The translations under genes and the position numbers were made by a program. Shown here piece after piece: positions 8,315-17,004 of a DNA stretch of 64,000 nucleotides. This stretch comes from Acidimicrobiaceae bacterium UBA2093. Its GTDB lineage: Bacteria > Actinomycetota > Acidimicrobiia > Acidimicrobiales > Ilumatobacteraceae. The stretch is from assembly GCA_002331255.1 (NCBI GenBank), contig DCZD01000002.1:101077-165076 (forward strand), given 5' to 3'. How positions within the stretch are numbered: the first letter of the stretch is position 1; each line of letters begins with the position of its first letter. The notes beneath the pieces are model-generated. The model was given only the letters and a program-made list of their open reading frames with translations. It had not been told where the DNA came from and made no database searches.

Positions 8315-10036
8315 ATGCTTGACCACCTGATCACAGGCGGAATGGTCGTCGACGGAACCGGAGCGGTACCGAATCGAGCCGACGTCGGCATCAAGGATGG
8401 TCGCATCGTTGCTGTCGGCTCCATTGATGAACCGGCTGCAAACATCATTGATGCAACCGGCAAGATCGTGTGTCCTGGTTTTGTCGACCCGCACACGCAC
8501 TATGACGCTCAGTTGTTATGGGATCCAATGGCGACACCATCAAGTCTGCACGGAGTCACCACTGTCATCGCAGGAAATTGTGGTTTCACCCTCGCACCAC
8601 TGAAGCCCGGTGATGCTGACTATCTGCGTCGCATGATGGCGAAGGTCGAAGGCATGCCGTTGGCAGCACTTGAGAATGGAACGTCGTGGAACTGGGAGTC
8701 ATTCAGCGATTACCTCAATTTGTTTGAAGGCCATATCGCGGTGAATGCAGGTTTTCTGGTCGGCCACTGCGCAATCCGTCGTTATGCGATGGGGCTCGAC
8801 GCTGTCGGAAGTCCCGCCAATGCGACTCAGATCGAAGCTATGCGTAAGGAACTTGCGAAATCCATCGAAGCCGGAGCCATCGGTTTCTCATTCACGAATT
8901 CGACGTCACACTCTGACGGTGACGGTGAACCTGTGGCAAGCCGTTGGGCGACACATGACGAGTTGATTGCACTTTGTGAAGAGACCGGAAAGCACGAAGG
9001 CACAACGCTCGAAGGAATCGTGCCGGGGTGTCTTGACCAATTCACCGATGACGAAATCGAGCTACTGGCGAAGATGAGCGCAGCAGCGAACCGTCCGATG
9101 AACTGGAACGTACTAACCGTCGACTCTCGAGAGCCAGATCGTGTCCCGCGACAACTGCAGGCTTCTCAGCGTGCCAAGGAACTTGGTGGACGTGTCGTTG
9201 CTCTCACGATGCCGGTTCAGGCGCCGATGAACATGTCGTTCCTCAACTTCTGCGGGCTGTGGCTGTTGCCGAATTGGCAGTCCGTTCTCGGTGTCCCAGT
9301 GCCAGAGCGCATTGCGCGTCTTCAAGATGGTGACACGCGTTTGAAACTGATGGAGTGGGCACAATCTCGAGAGGCCGGCGTCTTCCGCCGACTCGCAGAT
9401 TGGGGTGACTATGTCATCGGTGACACGTATGGTGCCGTCAACACAGGCCTATCAGGACGCAGCGTGAAGGACATCGCTGCCGAGCGTGGGACATCGAACT
9501 TCGGCACGCTTCTCGACATCGTCATTGCCGATGAATTGCGCACGGTCCTGTGGCCAACACCTCAGGACAACGACGTTGAGTCATGGAACATGCGCCGCGA
9601 ATTGTGGCTCGACGACCGAGCAATGATTGGTGGCTCCGATGCCGGAGCACACCTTGACCGCATGTGTGGCAGCACGTACACCACACAGTTCATCGCTGAC
9701 TGTCTGCGCGGTCGCAAACTCGTTCCTGTCGAAACCGCGATCAAGCTGATGACGTCTGAGCCTGCATCACTGTTCGGGCTGAAGGACCGCGGCGTACTGA
9801 AAGAAGGAGCAATTGCCGACGTCGTGGTCTTTGACCCCGAGACCGTGGGCAGCGAGCCCGTTCGCTTGGTCAACGACCTTCCGGGTGATTCTGTGCGTCT
9901 CACCGCCGGCTCTGTCGGAGTCGAACATGTTTTGGTGAACGGTACTGTCATCATGGCCAGCGGCAAACCGACAGGGAACACGCCGGGCACCGTATTGAAG
10001 AGTGGCCGCGACACCGTCACGGTCACTGCGCGCTGA
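8315..10036 (+). CDS. Amidohydro_3 / N-acyl-D-amino-acid deacylase family amidohydrolase
   Basis: 573 aa, MLDHLITGGMVVDGTGAVPNRADVGIKDGRIVAVG...CPGFVDPHTHYD (metal-binding HxH). First gene of the plus-strand operon 8315->16985. Confidence 0.85.
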   Translation: MLDHLITGGMVVDGTGAVPNRADVGIKDGRIVAVGSIDEPAANIIDATGKIVCPGFVDPHTHYDAQLLWDPMATPSSLHGVTTVIAGNCGFTLAPLKPGDADYLRRMMAKVEGMPLAALENGTSWNWESFSDYLNLFEGHIAVNAGFLVGHCAIRRYAMGLDAVGSPANATQIEAMRKELAKSIEAGAIGFSFTNSTSHSDGDGEPVASRWATHDELIALCEETGKHEGTTLEGIVPGCLDQFTDDEIELLAKMSAAANRPMNWNVLTVDSREPDRVPRQLQASQRAKELGGRVVALTMPVQAPMNMSFLNFCGLWLLPNWQSVLGVPVPERIARLQDGDTRLKLMEWAQSREAGVFRRLADWGDYVIGDTYGAVNTGLSGRSVKDIAAERGTSNFGTLLDIVIADELRTVLWPTPQDNDVESWNMRRELWLDDRAMIGGSDAGAHLDRMCGSTYTTQFIADCLRGRKLVPVETAIKLMTSEPASLFGLKDRGVLKEGAIADVVVFDPETVGSEPVRLVNDLPGDSVRLTAGSVGVEHVLVNGTVIMASGKPTGNTPGTVLKSGRDTVTVTAR

Positions 10037-10086
10037 CACAACCTCATTTCCCTACTCATACTCACTGTTTGTCAAAAGGAGAACAC

Positions 10087-10914
10087 ATGGCTGAGGACCC
10101 GACGAGCGAGGATCTTCTTTGCTCAATTGACAATGGCATCGCTCGTGTCACGTTGAACCGGCCACAGGCCGCGAACGCGGTCACGCCCGACCAGCGCAAC
10201 AAGATGATTGAGTTATTCAACGAATTTTCGAGCGACTTGAACGTTCGTGCTGTCGTACTGACTGCGAACGGAAAGCATTTCTGCACCGGTGCTGATCTTC
10301 GTGTGTCGAAGGTCCCAGAGAGCAAGCGCCCTGAAGGTGCACCTGAGCGTTCGACAGGAGACATCGGACGCAACATCAAGCGCGGCGCTCAACGCCTCAT
10401 CAACGCAATTCTCGACTGCGAGAAGCCAGTCATCGCTGCAGTGAACGGCACGGCCGCGGGCATTGGCGCGCACATGGCTTTTGCCTGCGACTTAGTTGTC
10501 GCCGTTGACACCGCCAAGTTCATTGAAGTATTCGTGCGACGTGGCATCACCCCAGATGGTGGTGGCGCTTATCTCTTGCCGCGAATGGTTGGTCTCCACA
10601 AAGCGAAGGAACTTGTGTTTTTCGGCGATGACCTCAGTGCTTCCGATGCAGAACGAATTGGTCTCATCAACAAGTGTGTGTCGACGTCAGACTTCGACAA
10701 CACGGTCAATGAGTGGGCGGGAAGGCTTGCACAGGGTCCGACGAAGGCAATCGGCTTGGCGAAGTGGTTGCTGAATCGGTCGCTCGACTCGGACCGTGGC
10801 GCCGCATTCGATGAAGAAGCATGGGCCCAAGAGTTGGCTTCCCACACGCATGACTTCCAAGAAGGCGTACAGTCATTCATCGAACGGCGCGAGACCCGTT
10901 TCCAGGGTTGGTGA
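10087..10914 (+). CDS. enoyl-CoA hydratase/isomerase (crotonase) family protein
   Basis: Start moved to ATG 10087, with AAAGGAG 5 nt upstream; the track start 10069 is a TTG inside that RBS. Motifs VTLNRPQAANAV and AAVNGTAAGIGAHMAFACD. The first canonical Glu position reads His, which is PaaG/isomerase-like by eye. Confidence 0.85.
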   Translation: MAEDPTSEDLLCSIDNGIARVTLNRPQAANAVTPDQRNKMIELFNEFSSDLNVRAVVLTANGKHFCTGADLRVSKVPESKRPEGAPERSTGDIGRNIKRGAQRLINAILDCEKPVIAAVNGTAAGIGAHMAFACDLVVAVDTAKFIEVFVRRGITPDGGGAYLLPRMVGLHKAKELVFFGDDLSASDAERIGLINKCVSTSDFDNTVNEWAGRLAQGPTKAIGLAKWLLNRSLDSDRGAAFDEEAWAQELASHTHDFQEGVQSFIERRETRFQGW

Positions 10915-10944
10915 GTCGAGGAACGTAGGGACGGCGGGGACAAC

Positions 10945-13047
10945 ATGGCATTCACAAGACTGTTGAGTCCAGGTCGCATCGGAAACGTCGAGTTGTCGAA
11001 TCGGGTGATGTTGCCCGCGATGGACATGAACTTGTGCGAGGACGGGCATTTCTCGCCGGCTGAGATCGCCCACTACACCGCGCGAGCAGCCGGAGGTACC
11101 GGCATGATCATCACCGGTACCGGAGCAGTCGCATGGCCTGTCGGTGGGTGCTCGTGGCATCAACCAGCGTTCAGTGATGACAAATACATTCCGACAGTGA
11201 AGGCGCTCGCAGACAGCATCCATTCTGCCGGCAGCAAACTGTGCGTTCAGATCTGCCACCACGGAAAGACCGCAAACTGTGACACCGCCGACGGGCGACC
11301 TCTTCTCATGCCGAGCAAACCAGAGAGCAAGCTCGACATGAGTGCCCTTCAAGACAACACGATGGACGAGTTGATGCGACTTGGCACTGCTTCTCGTGGA
11401 AAGGCTCCAACGGTTAAGGAAGCGACAGAAGACGACTTGCTGTGGGTCATCGAACAATTTGCACTGGCTGCCGAACGTTTGCATCAAGCAGGCGTCGATG
11501 CCGTCGAAGTGCACGCCGCCCACGGATATCTCATCAACACCTTTCTCTCTGCCGGATACAACAGGCGTACCGACCGTTGGGGTGGCTCGATTGAGAATCG
11601 TGCACGATTAATGGTCGAAATTGTCAAAGCTATTCGTGCTCGAGTGGGAGATTCGTTGGCCGTCAGTGTGCGTTTGAACGGCATGGAGTACGGCCTTGAT
11701 GGCGGACAAACTCCTGAGGAGACCGCCACATTCGCACAGTTGGCCGAGGCAGCTGGCGCCGATGCAATCCATGTCTCGGGCAATTCGCATAATCCTTTTG
11801 CTGATTTCACTCTCGGACCACTTCCTGCCGAAGTGGGGCAGTATCGCGAGTACGCACGCATCGTGAAGCGCGCTGTGAGTATTCCGGTTATCGCTGTCGG
11901 TCGCATACTTCCTGAAGTCGCAGAAGACATGCTCGCTGCAGGTGACTGTGACTTCGTGTCGATGGGTCGTCAACTCTTGGCTGATCCCAACTTGGTCAAC
12001 AAACTTCGCTCCGGAGATCCGAAGAGCGTCCGGCCATGTATCAACTGTTATGTGTGTGTCGAGCAGAACTTCTTTGATGGCGCACCGAAGTGCGCTGTGA
12101 ACCCGGCACTGTGTAATGAATCGCTTGCGACGATTTCGAAGGCGCCCACCTCGAAGCATGTCATTGTTGTGGGTGGTGGCCCTGCTGGAATGGAAGCAGC
12201 ACGAATTGCCGCCGAGCGTGGCCACCGCGTGACATTGCTCGAGGCATCGGGGCGTCTTGGCGGAACGGCGTGGTTCTCGCAACTCACCACTCCGGCCAAC
12301 GGCCCACTTGTTGAACATCTTGAGCACGAGGTTCGTCGTCTTGGCGTCGCGGTGAGGACAGGAGTACGGGCAAACGTCGAGTCGGTGCGCGCATTGTCAC
12401 CTGACCGCGTGGTTGTTGCCACCGGTGCTGTTCGCGGGCGCCCCACAGTCGCTGGTGCAGACCAACGCCACATCTACACCGGCGATGATCTCCGTGCGCT
12501 CATGACTGGTGATGGGGTTGTCAACTCGGCACCTTTTCTTGCGCGCATGGTGGTGGCGGCAGGGCGATTGGTTGGTGTGACAAAGTCCGTCGACCGAGTT
12601 CGTGCCCTCAGCAAGGCGTGGTTGCCGCTCGGAAAGAATGTGGTTGTTGTGGGCGGTTCTTTGGTTGGCCTTGAGTTAGCGGAATTTCTTGCCGATCGTG
12701 GTCGACAGGTCACGCTCATCGAATCTGGTGCCCAACTGGGTCTGCCAATGGCAATGCCACGACGTTGGACAGCTGTGAAGAAGGCATCAATTCATGGTGT
12801 CGCTCTCGTGCGAAACGCGCATGTGACTTCCTATGAAGGTGGGCGCGTCACGTACATGGTGGGCGACGAGATCCATACAGTCGCATTTGATGACGTAGTC
12901 ATCGCCGACAATGTCGACGCATCAGCCCCACTTGCAGACCAACTACGTTCGGCAGGAATACACGTGGATGTCATTGGTGATGCACAAGAGATCGGTTACA
13001 TAGAAGGTGCCATTCACACCGCGGGTGCGCTCGCACGTTCGCTTTAG
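10945..13047 (+). CDS. OYE-like NADH:flavin oxidoreductase fused to an FAD/NAD(P) domain (2,4-dienoyl-CoA reductase FadH / BaiCD / BaiH family)
   Basis: 700 aa. It has HAAHGYLINTFLS (OYE barrel), the Cys cluster RPCINCYVCVEQNFFDGAPKCAVNP (4Fe-4S type), and two Rossmann motifs, VIVVGGGPAGMEAARIAAERGHRVTLLE and VVVVGGSLVGLELAEFLADRG. Confidence 0.9.
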   Translation: MAFTRLLSPGRIGNVELSNRVMLPAMDMNLCEDGHFSPAEIAHYTARAAGGTGMIITGTGAVAWPVGGCSWHQPAFSDDKYIPTVKALADSIHSAGSKLCVQICHHGKTANCDTADGRPLLMPSKPESKLDMSALQDNTMDELMRLGTASRGKAPTVKEATEDDLLWVIEQFALAAERLHQAGVDAVEVHAAHGYLINTFLSAGYNRRTDRWGGSIENRARLMVEIVKAIRARVGDSLAVSVRLNGMEYGLDGGQTPEETATFAQLAEAAGADAIHVSGNSHNPFADFTLGPLPAEVGQYREYARIVKRAVSIPVIAVGRILPEVAEDMLAAGDCDFVSMGRQLLADPNLVNKLRSGDPKSVRPCINCYVCVEQNFFDGAPKCAVNPALCNESLATISKAPTSKHVIVVGGGPAGMEAARIAAERGHRVTLLEASGRLGGTAWFSQLTTPANGPLVEHLEHEVRRLGVAVRTGVRANVESVRALSPDRVVVATGAVRGRPTVAGADQRHIYTGDDLRALMTGDGVVNSAPFLARMVVAAGRLVGVTKSVDRVRALSKAWLPLGKNVVVVGGSLVGLELAEFLADRGRQVTLIESGAQLGLPMAMPRRWTAVKKASIHGVALVRNAHVTSYEGGRVTYMVGDEIHTVAFDDVVIADNVDASAPLADQLRSAGIHVDVIGDAQEIGYIEGAIHTAGALARSL

Positions 13048-13055
13048 GAACAATA

Positions 13056-14714
13056 ATGACGACATTCGCTGACCATATTCGTGCACATGCCGGTGACGAC
13101 AACGTTGCAGTCGTATTGAACGATGACAAGTGGACCTATCGCGAATGGGTGCGATGCATCGCAGAACGTGCGGCACTATTCGAGTCCATGCGTCGTCCAG
13201 GTCCGGCACACATCGGAGTGCTCATGGACAACCATCCTGAATTCACGATGTGGATCGGTGTCGCTGCAGTAACAGGTGCGACGGTCGTCGGATTGAATTC
13301 CACGCGACGTGGTTCCGAGCTACAGCGTGACGTCACGTTCACCGACTGTCAGATGGTCGTGACCCATGGCGGCAACGCTGAGTTGCTTGAAGGCCTGGAT
13401 CTCGGTCCGGCCAATGGTCGGGTGCTCGTCGTTGACACTCCCGACTACGCGGCACGGCTTGCGCCGCATTCGAATGCACAATTGCCGTCAGTGGAGGTCG
13501 ATGAAAAGACCAACCTGATGTTCGTGTTTACTTCCGGAAGCACCGGTGCGCCGAAGGCAGTCATCGTGTCCCACGGCCGTCTCGACATGGTTGCGACGTC
13601 ACTCATCGGCATCACCAACATGACAGCCGATGACGTCACGTACATGGCAATGCCGCTGTTCCATTCGAATGCGTTGATGACCGCATGGGCCCCCACTGTC
13701 AAAGCCGGAGCAACCCTTGCACTTCGAGAGAAGTTCAGCGCATCGCAGTTCATGCCTGATGTGGTGAAGTACGGAGCCACGTACTTCAACTACGTGGGTC
13801 GACCTCTCGCGTACGTTCTGGCCACACCTCCCAGCGAGCTGGACCGCAAACACAAGCTGCGAATCGGGTTCGGCAACGAAGGTGGTGAACAAGACATCGC
13901 TGGCTTCAAGGAGCGTTTCGGTGTGCCGCTTGTCGATGGGTACGGACAATCTGAAACTGGCGCGTCAATCAATCGCGTGCAAGGTATGCCACCGGGTGCT
14001 CTTGGTCGAGCGACATCGCCCGATGTGAAAGTTCTGAACCCCGACACGGGAGAGGAGTGCCCACCGGCTCGCTTCGATGTGGATGGCAAGTTGTTGAACG
14101 CGGAGGAAGCCACCGGCGAAATCGTGAATCTCGGTTACAACACGTTCGAGGGTTACTACAACAACACAGAGGCAAATGCTGAGCGAAGCCGCAATGGCGC
14201 CTATTGGACAGGTGATCTCGCTTATCGCGACGCGGACGGATTCTTCTACTTCGCGGGGCGCAATGCAGATTGGATTCGCGTTGACGGAGAGAACTTCGCT
14301 GCAGCGCCTATCGATCGAATCGTTGCTCGCTACCCGGGCATTGTCCTGTCGGCTGCGTACGGCGTTCCCGATCCTGAAATCGGTGACCGAGTGATGGTTG
14401 CACTTCAGTTCGAGGAAGGACATCAGTTCGACATCGAGAGCTTCAGCGAGTTCTTGGCTACGCAGCCAGACATGGGTACCAAATGGATGCCCACTTTCAT
14501 CCGTGTGATGGAACAACTACCGCTCACCCAGACGACCAAAGTGTTGAAACGACAACTCGTCCTCGAGCGATGGCACAGTTGCGAACAGGGGGATAATCAC
14601 GTGTGGTGGCGGCCCACAAAGGGTGAGTCATACACCAAGATGACCGTTGAACACGCCGCCCAGTTGCGAGAGAAGTTCGTCGCGGCTGGTCGTGGCGACA
14701 TTCTCAATCACTAG
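13056..14714 (+). CDS. AMP-forming acyl-CoA synthetase, FadD17/FadD19-like
   Basis: 552 aa with FTSGSTGAPKAV, GYGQSETG and YWTGDLAYRDADGFFYFAGRNADWIRVDGENF. Paralogue of 21334..23034. Confidence 0.9.
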   Translation: MTTFADHIRAHAGDDNVAVVLNDDKWTYREWVRCIAERAALFESMRRPGPAHIGVLMDNHPEFTMWIGVAAVTGATVVGLNSTRRGSELQRDVTFTDCQMVVTHGGNAELLEGLDLGPANGRVLVVDTPDYAARLAPHSNAQLPSVEVDEKTNLMFVFTSGSTGAPKAVIVSHGRLDMVATSLIGITNMTADDVTYMAMPLFHSNALMTAWAPTVKAGATLALREKFSASQFMPDVVKYGATYFNYVGRPLAYVLATPPSELDRKHKLRIGFGNEGGEQDIAGFKERFGVPLVDGYGQSETGASINRVQGMPPGALGRATSPDVKVLNPDTGEECPPARFDVDGKLLNAEEATGEIVNLGYNTFEGYYNNTEANAERSRNGAYWTGDLAYRDADGFFYFAGRNADWIRVDGENFAAAPIDRIVARYPGIVLSAAYGVPDPEIGDRVMVALQFEEGHQFDIESFSEFLATQPDMGTKWMPTFIRVMEQLPLTQTTKVLKRQLVLERWHSCEQGDNHVWWRPTKGESYTKMTVEHAAQLREKFVAAGRGDILNH

Positions 14715-14723
14715 TCTGCGGAC

Positions 14724-14751
14724 ATGAGGTTCTCGGTATGAGGTTCTGCGT
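14724..14751 (+). repeat. 14-bp tandem duplication spanning the start codon (ATGAGGTTCTCGGT / ATGAGGTTCTGCGT)
   Basis: 12 of 14 positions are identical. The first copy opens a 5-codon mini-ORF, MRFSV*, whose TGA (14739-14741) overlaps the ATG (14738) of the LLM gene, which itself begins MRFCV. Confidence 0.8.
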
Positions 14752-15625
14752 CCCATTCCCCATGTTTGCCGCAGACCATGTGAAGGCGCTTGCGCCAGTA
14801 GCCGAGGAAGCAGGCTTCCATTTCATCGCAGTCCCTGATTCGGTCTTTTTTCCAGAGACTGTCTCGGCCGGATATCCATACAGCAGCGATGGGTCGCGCT
14901 TCTGGGCAGCTGATACACCGTTTGTTGACCCGACAGTGTCGATGGCGTGGATGGCGGCACGCACGACGCACATCCGTTTCGTCACCAACGTGTTGAAGAC
15001 ACCGCTGCGAGACCCACTGCTTCTGGCAAAGCAGATTGCTTCGCTGGCGGTCATGGCCGACGATCGTATTGAGGTTGGTGTTGGGCTCTCTTGGATTCCA
15101 GAAGAGTTCTCCTGGACAGGCACCAACATGCGTACGCGCGGTGCGCGACTTGATGAGCAGATCGACATCTTGCGTCTTGTCTGTTCAGGGAACGGGCCTG
15201 AATTCATCGAGCACCATGGCAAGCACTACGACTTTGGCAGATTGATGATCAGTCCTTCTCCGACGACTGCCATCAAGATCCACGTTGGCGGTCATAGTGA
15301 GCCTGCCCTTGAGCGTGCAGCTCGTGTGGGCGACGGTTGGATCTCGGTACAGGCAACCAGCCACGAGATCTGCGATATAGCGGAACGTCTTGCTCTCTTG
15401 CGTAGGAAGCACGGTCGAACCGGTGAATTCGCGGCGTTCGTGCTGCCAATCGACGCGGTCGGTCCTGATGCCTATCGCCGACTCGCTGACACGATTGAGG
15501 GGCATGGCATGGAGCCGGTGTTCATGGCCGTGCCTTGGTATTACAGCGGTAAAGACCCAAGCGATCTCGAAGTTCGCCGCGAGTCTTTGTTGTCATTCGG
15601 TGAGTCAGTCATCGCAAAAATTTGA
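14738..15625 (+). CDS. LLM-class flavin/F420-dependent oxidoreductase
   Basis: 295 aa, [36 protein letters not shown]. Same subfamily as 5508..6413, sharing the YPYS..DG..W..... block. Confidence 0.85.
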   Translation: MRFCVPFPMFAADHVKALAPVAEEAGFHFIAVPDSVFFPETVSAGYPYSSDGSRFWAADTPFVDPTVSMAWMAARTTHIRFVTNVLKTPLRDPLLLAKQIASLAVMADDRIEVGVGLSWIPEEFSWTGTNMRTRGARLDEQIDILRLVCSGNGPEFIEHHGKHYDFGRLMISPSPTTAIKIHVGGHSEPALERAARVGDGWISVQATSHEICDIAERLALLRRKHGRTGEFAAFVLPIDAVGPDAYRRLADTIEGHGMEPVFMAVPWYYSGKDPSDLEVRRESLLSFGESVIAKI

Positions 15626-15663
15626 GAATTGAACAACAGAAAGAACACGAGAGGGAAAAACAC

Positions 15664-16452
15664 ATGTCGACAATCTGTGTCACCGGCGCTTCGAACGGCA
15701 TCGGCAAAGCCACCAAGGACCTTCTTGAATCACGCGGTCACGCAGTGATTGGCGTCGACTTGAGAGGCACTGACATTTCTGCCGATTTGTCGAACGTGGA
15801 AGGTCGTCAGACCGCAATTGACGGAGTGCTGTCGGCCTGTGGTGGTCGTCTTGACGGGTTGGCCCAGTGTGCCGGTGTCAACGGAATGGGCGGAATCGAT
15901 CTCACCGTGAAAGTCAACTTTTTTGGTGTCATGGCTCTTGCCAGCGGACTACGTGAGGCACTGAGTAAAGGTACAAACCCTGCCATGGTGTTGGTCTCGT
16001 CGAACTCGACGACCATGACGCCGGGTCTGCCGGTCGAGGACGGTCTCTTTTATCTGTCGCATACCGAAGAAGAGTGCATCGAGCGCTTTCAGGGCAGGGG
16101 ATGGATGACATACCCAGCCGGCAAATTGGCAGTGGCGTTCTGGGTGCGCATGAATGCAGTGAAGCCGGAATGGCTTGGCGCGGGCATTCGAGTGAATGGC
16201 ATCGCCCCGGGAATTGTTGACACACAGATGACGCAACAGGCCGCCACCAATGAACTCACAAAAGCAGCCTTCGAACAGATCCCGATTCCGATCAACAGAT
16301 GGGGACAGCCGGCAGAGATGGCTGAGCCCATTGCGTTTCTGCTCTCACCGGCATCGAGCTACATCGTCGGCCAGACCATCTTCGCTGATGGCGGAATCGA
16401 TGCGCTGCTGCAGCCAACCGCCCACCCGCATCCACTGCCACCACTGAACTAG
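15664..16452 (+). CDS. short-chain dehydrogenase, 3alpha-hydroxysteroid dehydrogenase/carbonyl reductase-like
   Basis: Trimmed to ATG 15664 (GAGAGGGA upstream). It has [12 protein letters not shown] directly at the N-terminus, [22 protein letters not shown] (YxxxK) and a C-terminal [13 protein letters not shown]. This layout matches what I recall for Comamonas testosteroni 3alpha-HSD/CR. The subfamily call rests on memory and needs an alignment. Confidence 0.7.
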   Translation: MSTICVTGASNGIGKATKDLLESRGHAVIGVDLRGTDISADLSNVEGRQTAIDGVLSACGGRLDGLAQCAGVNGMGGIDLTVKVNFFGVMALASGLREALSKGTNPAMVLVSSNSTTMTPGLPVEDGLFYLSHTEEECIERFQGRGWMTYPAGKLAVAFWVRMNAVKPEWLGAGIRVNGIAPGIVDTQMTQQAATNELTKAAFEQIPIPINRWGQPAEMAEPIAFLLSPASSYIVGQTIFADGGIDALLQPTAHPHPLPPLN

Positions 16453-16460
16453 GAGCAGTT

Positions 16461-16985
16461 TTGTCATTGCGTGAAACAGACCCCGTCGCATGGCTCGTCG
16501 CCCATGAGGACATCCGCCAATTGGCGAGTCGTTATGCGGTGTACATGGACATGCGCGATCTCGACAAGGTGATTGAGTTGTTCGTCCCCGATGTGAAGAT
16601 CGGGAAGTCCCTGCAGGGTCGACAGGCCCTGAAGGAGAACATGGAAGGAATGCTGCGCGACTTGAAGCGGAGCATCTTGCAGGTCACGAACCATGTCATC
16701 GATGTGGTGGACGATGCGAATGCGACTGGAATCGTCAGTTGTAGGGGGGAAATTGAGCCCGTCGATTCACCTGGCAAGTGGATCGTGCAACAGATTCAGT
16801 ATCACGACACGTACGCAAAGATCGATGGACGGTGGCTGTTCCTCCGACGTCGCCACATGCTGTGGTACGGCGCCGACATGTTGCAACGACCACTCGATCT
16901 TCCCGACGCGAACTGGCCGGCCAACCACTCAGGCAAAGGTGAATTGCCCGAGTGGTTCGACTCTTGGCGTCAATGGCAGTCGTGA
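16461..16985 (+). CDS. NTF2-fold SnoaL_4-like protein
   Basis: 174 aa. TTG start with AGGAG 5 nt upstream. Motifs IRQLASRYAVYMDMRDLDKVIELF, TNHVIDVVD and YHDTYAKIDGRWLFLRR are the typical SnoaL_4 pattern. Confidence 0.8.
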   Translation: MSLRETDPVAWLVAHEDIRQLASRYAVYMDMRDLDKVIELFVPDVKIGKSLQGRQALKENMEGMLRDLKRSILQVTNHVIDVVDDANATGIVSCRGEIEPVDSPGKWIVQQIQYHDTYAKIDGRWLFLRRRHMLWYGADMLQRPLDLPDANWPANHSGKGELPEWFDSWRQWQS

Positions 16986-17004
16986 TGTCGCGCGTGGTGC
17001 AGGC

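Noticed and set aside
8213-8500. 95-aa minus-strand ORF spanning the 8233-8314 spacer, considered as the missing N-terminal part of the ALDH pseudogene.
   Set aside because: It is in a different frame. Its translation has no ALDH motifs. It is mostly antisense to the well-supported amidohydrolase start.
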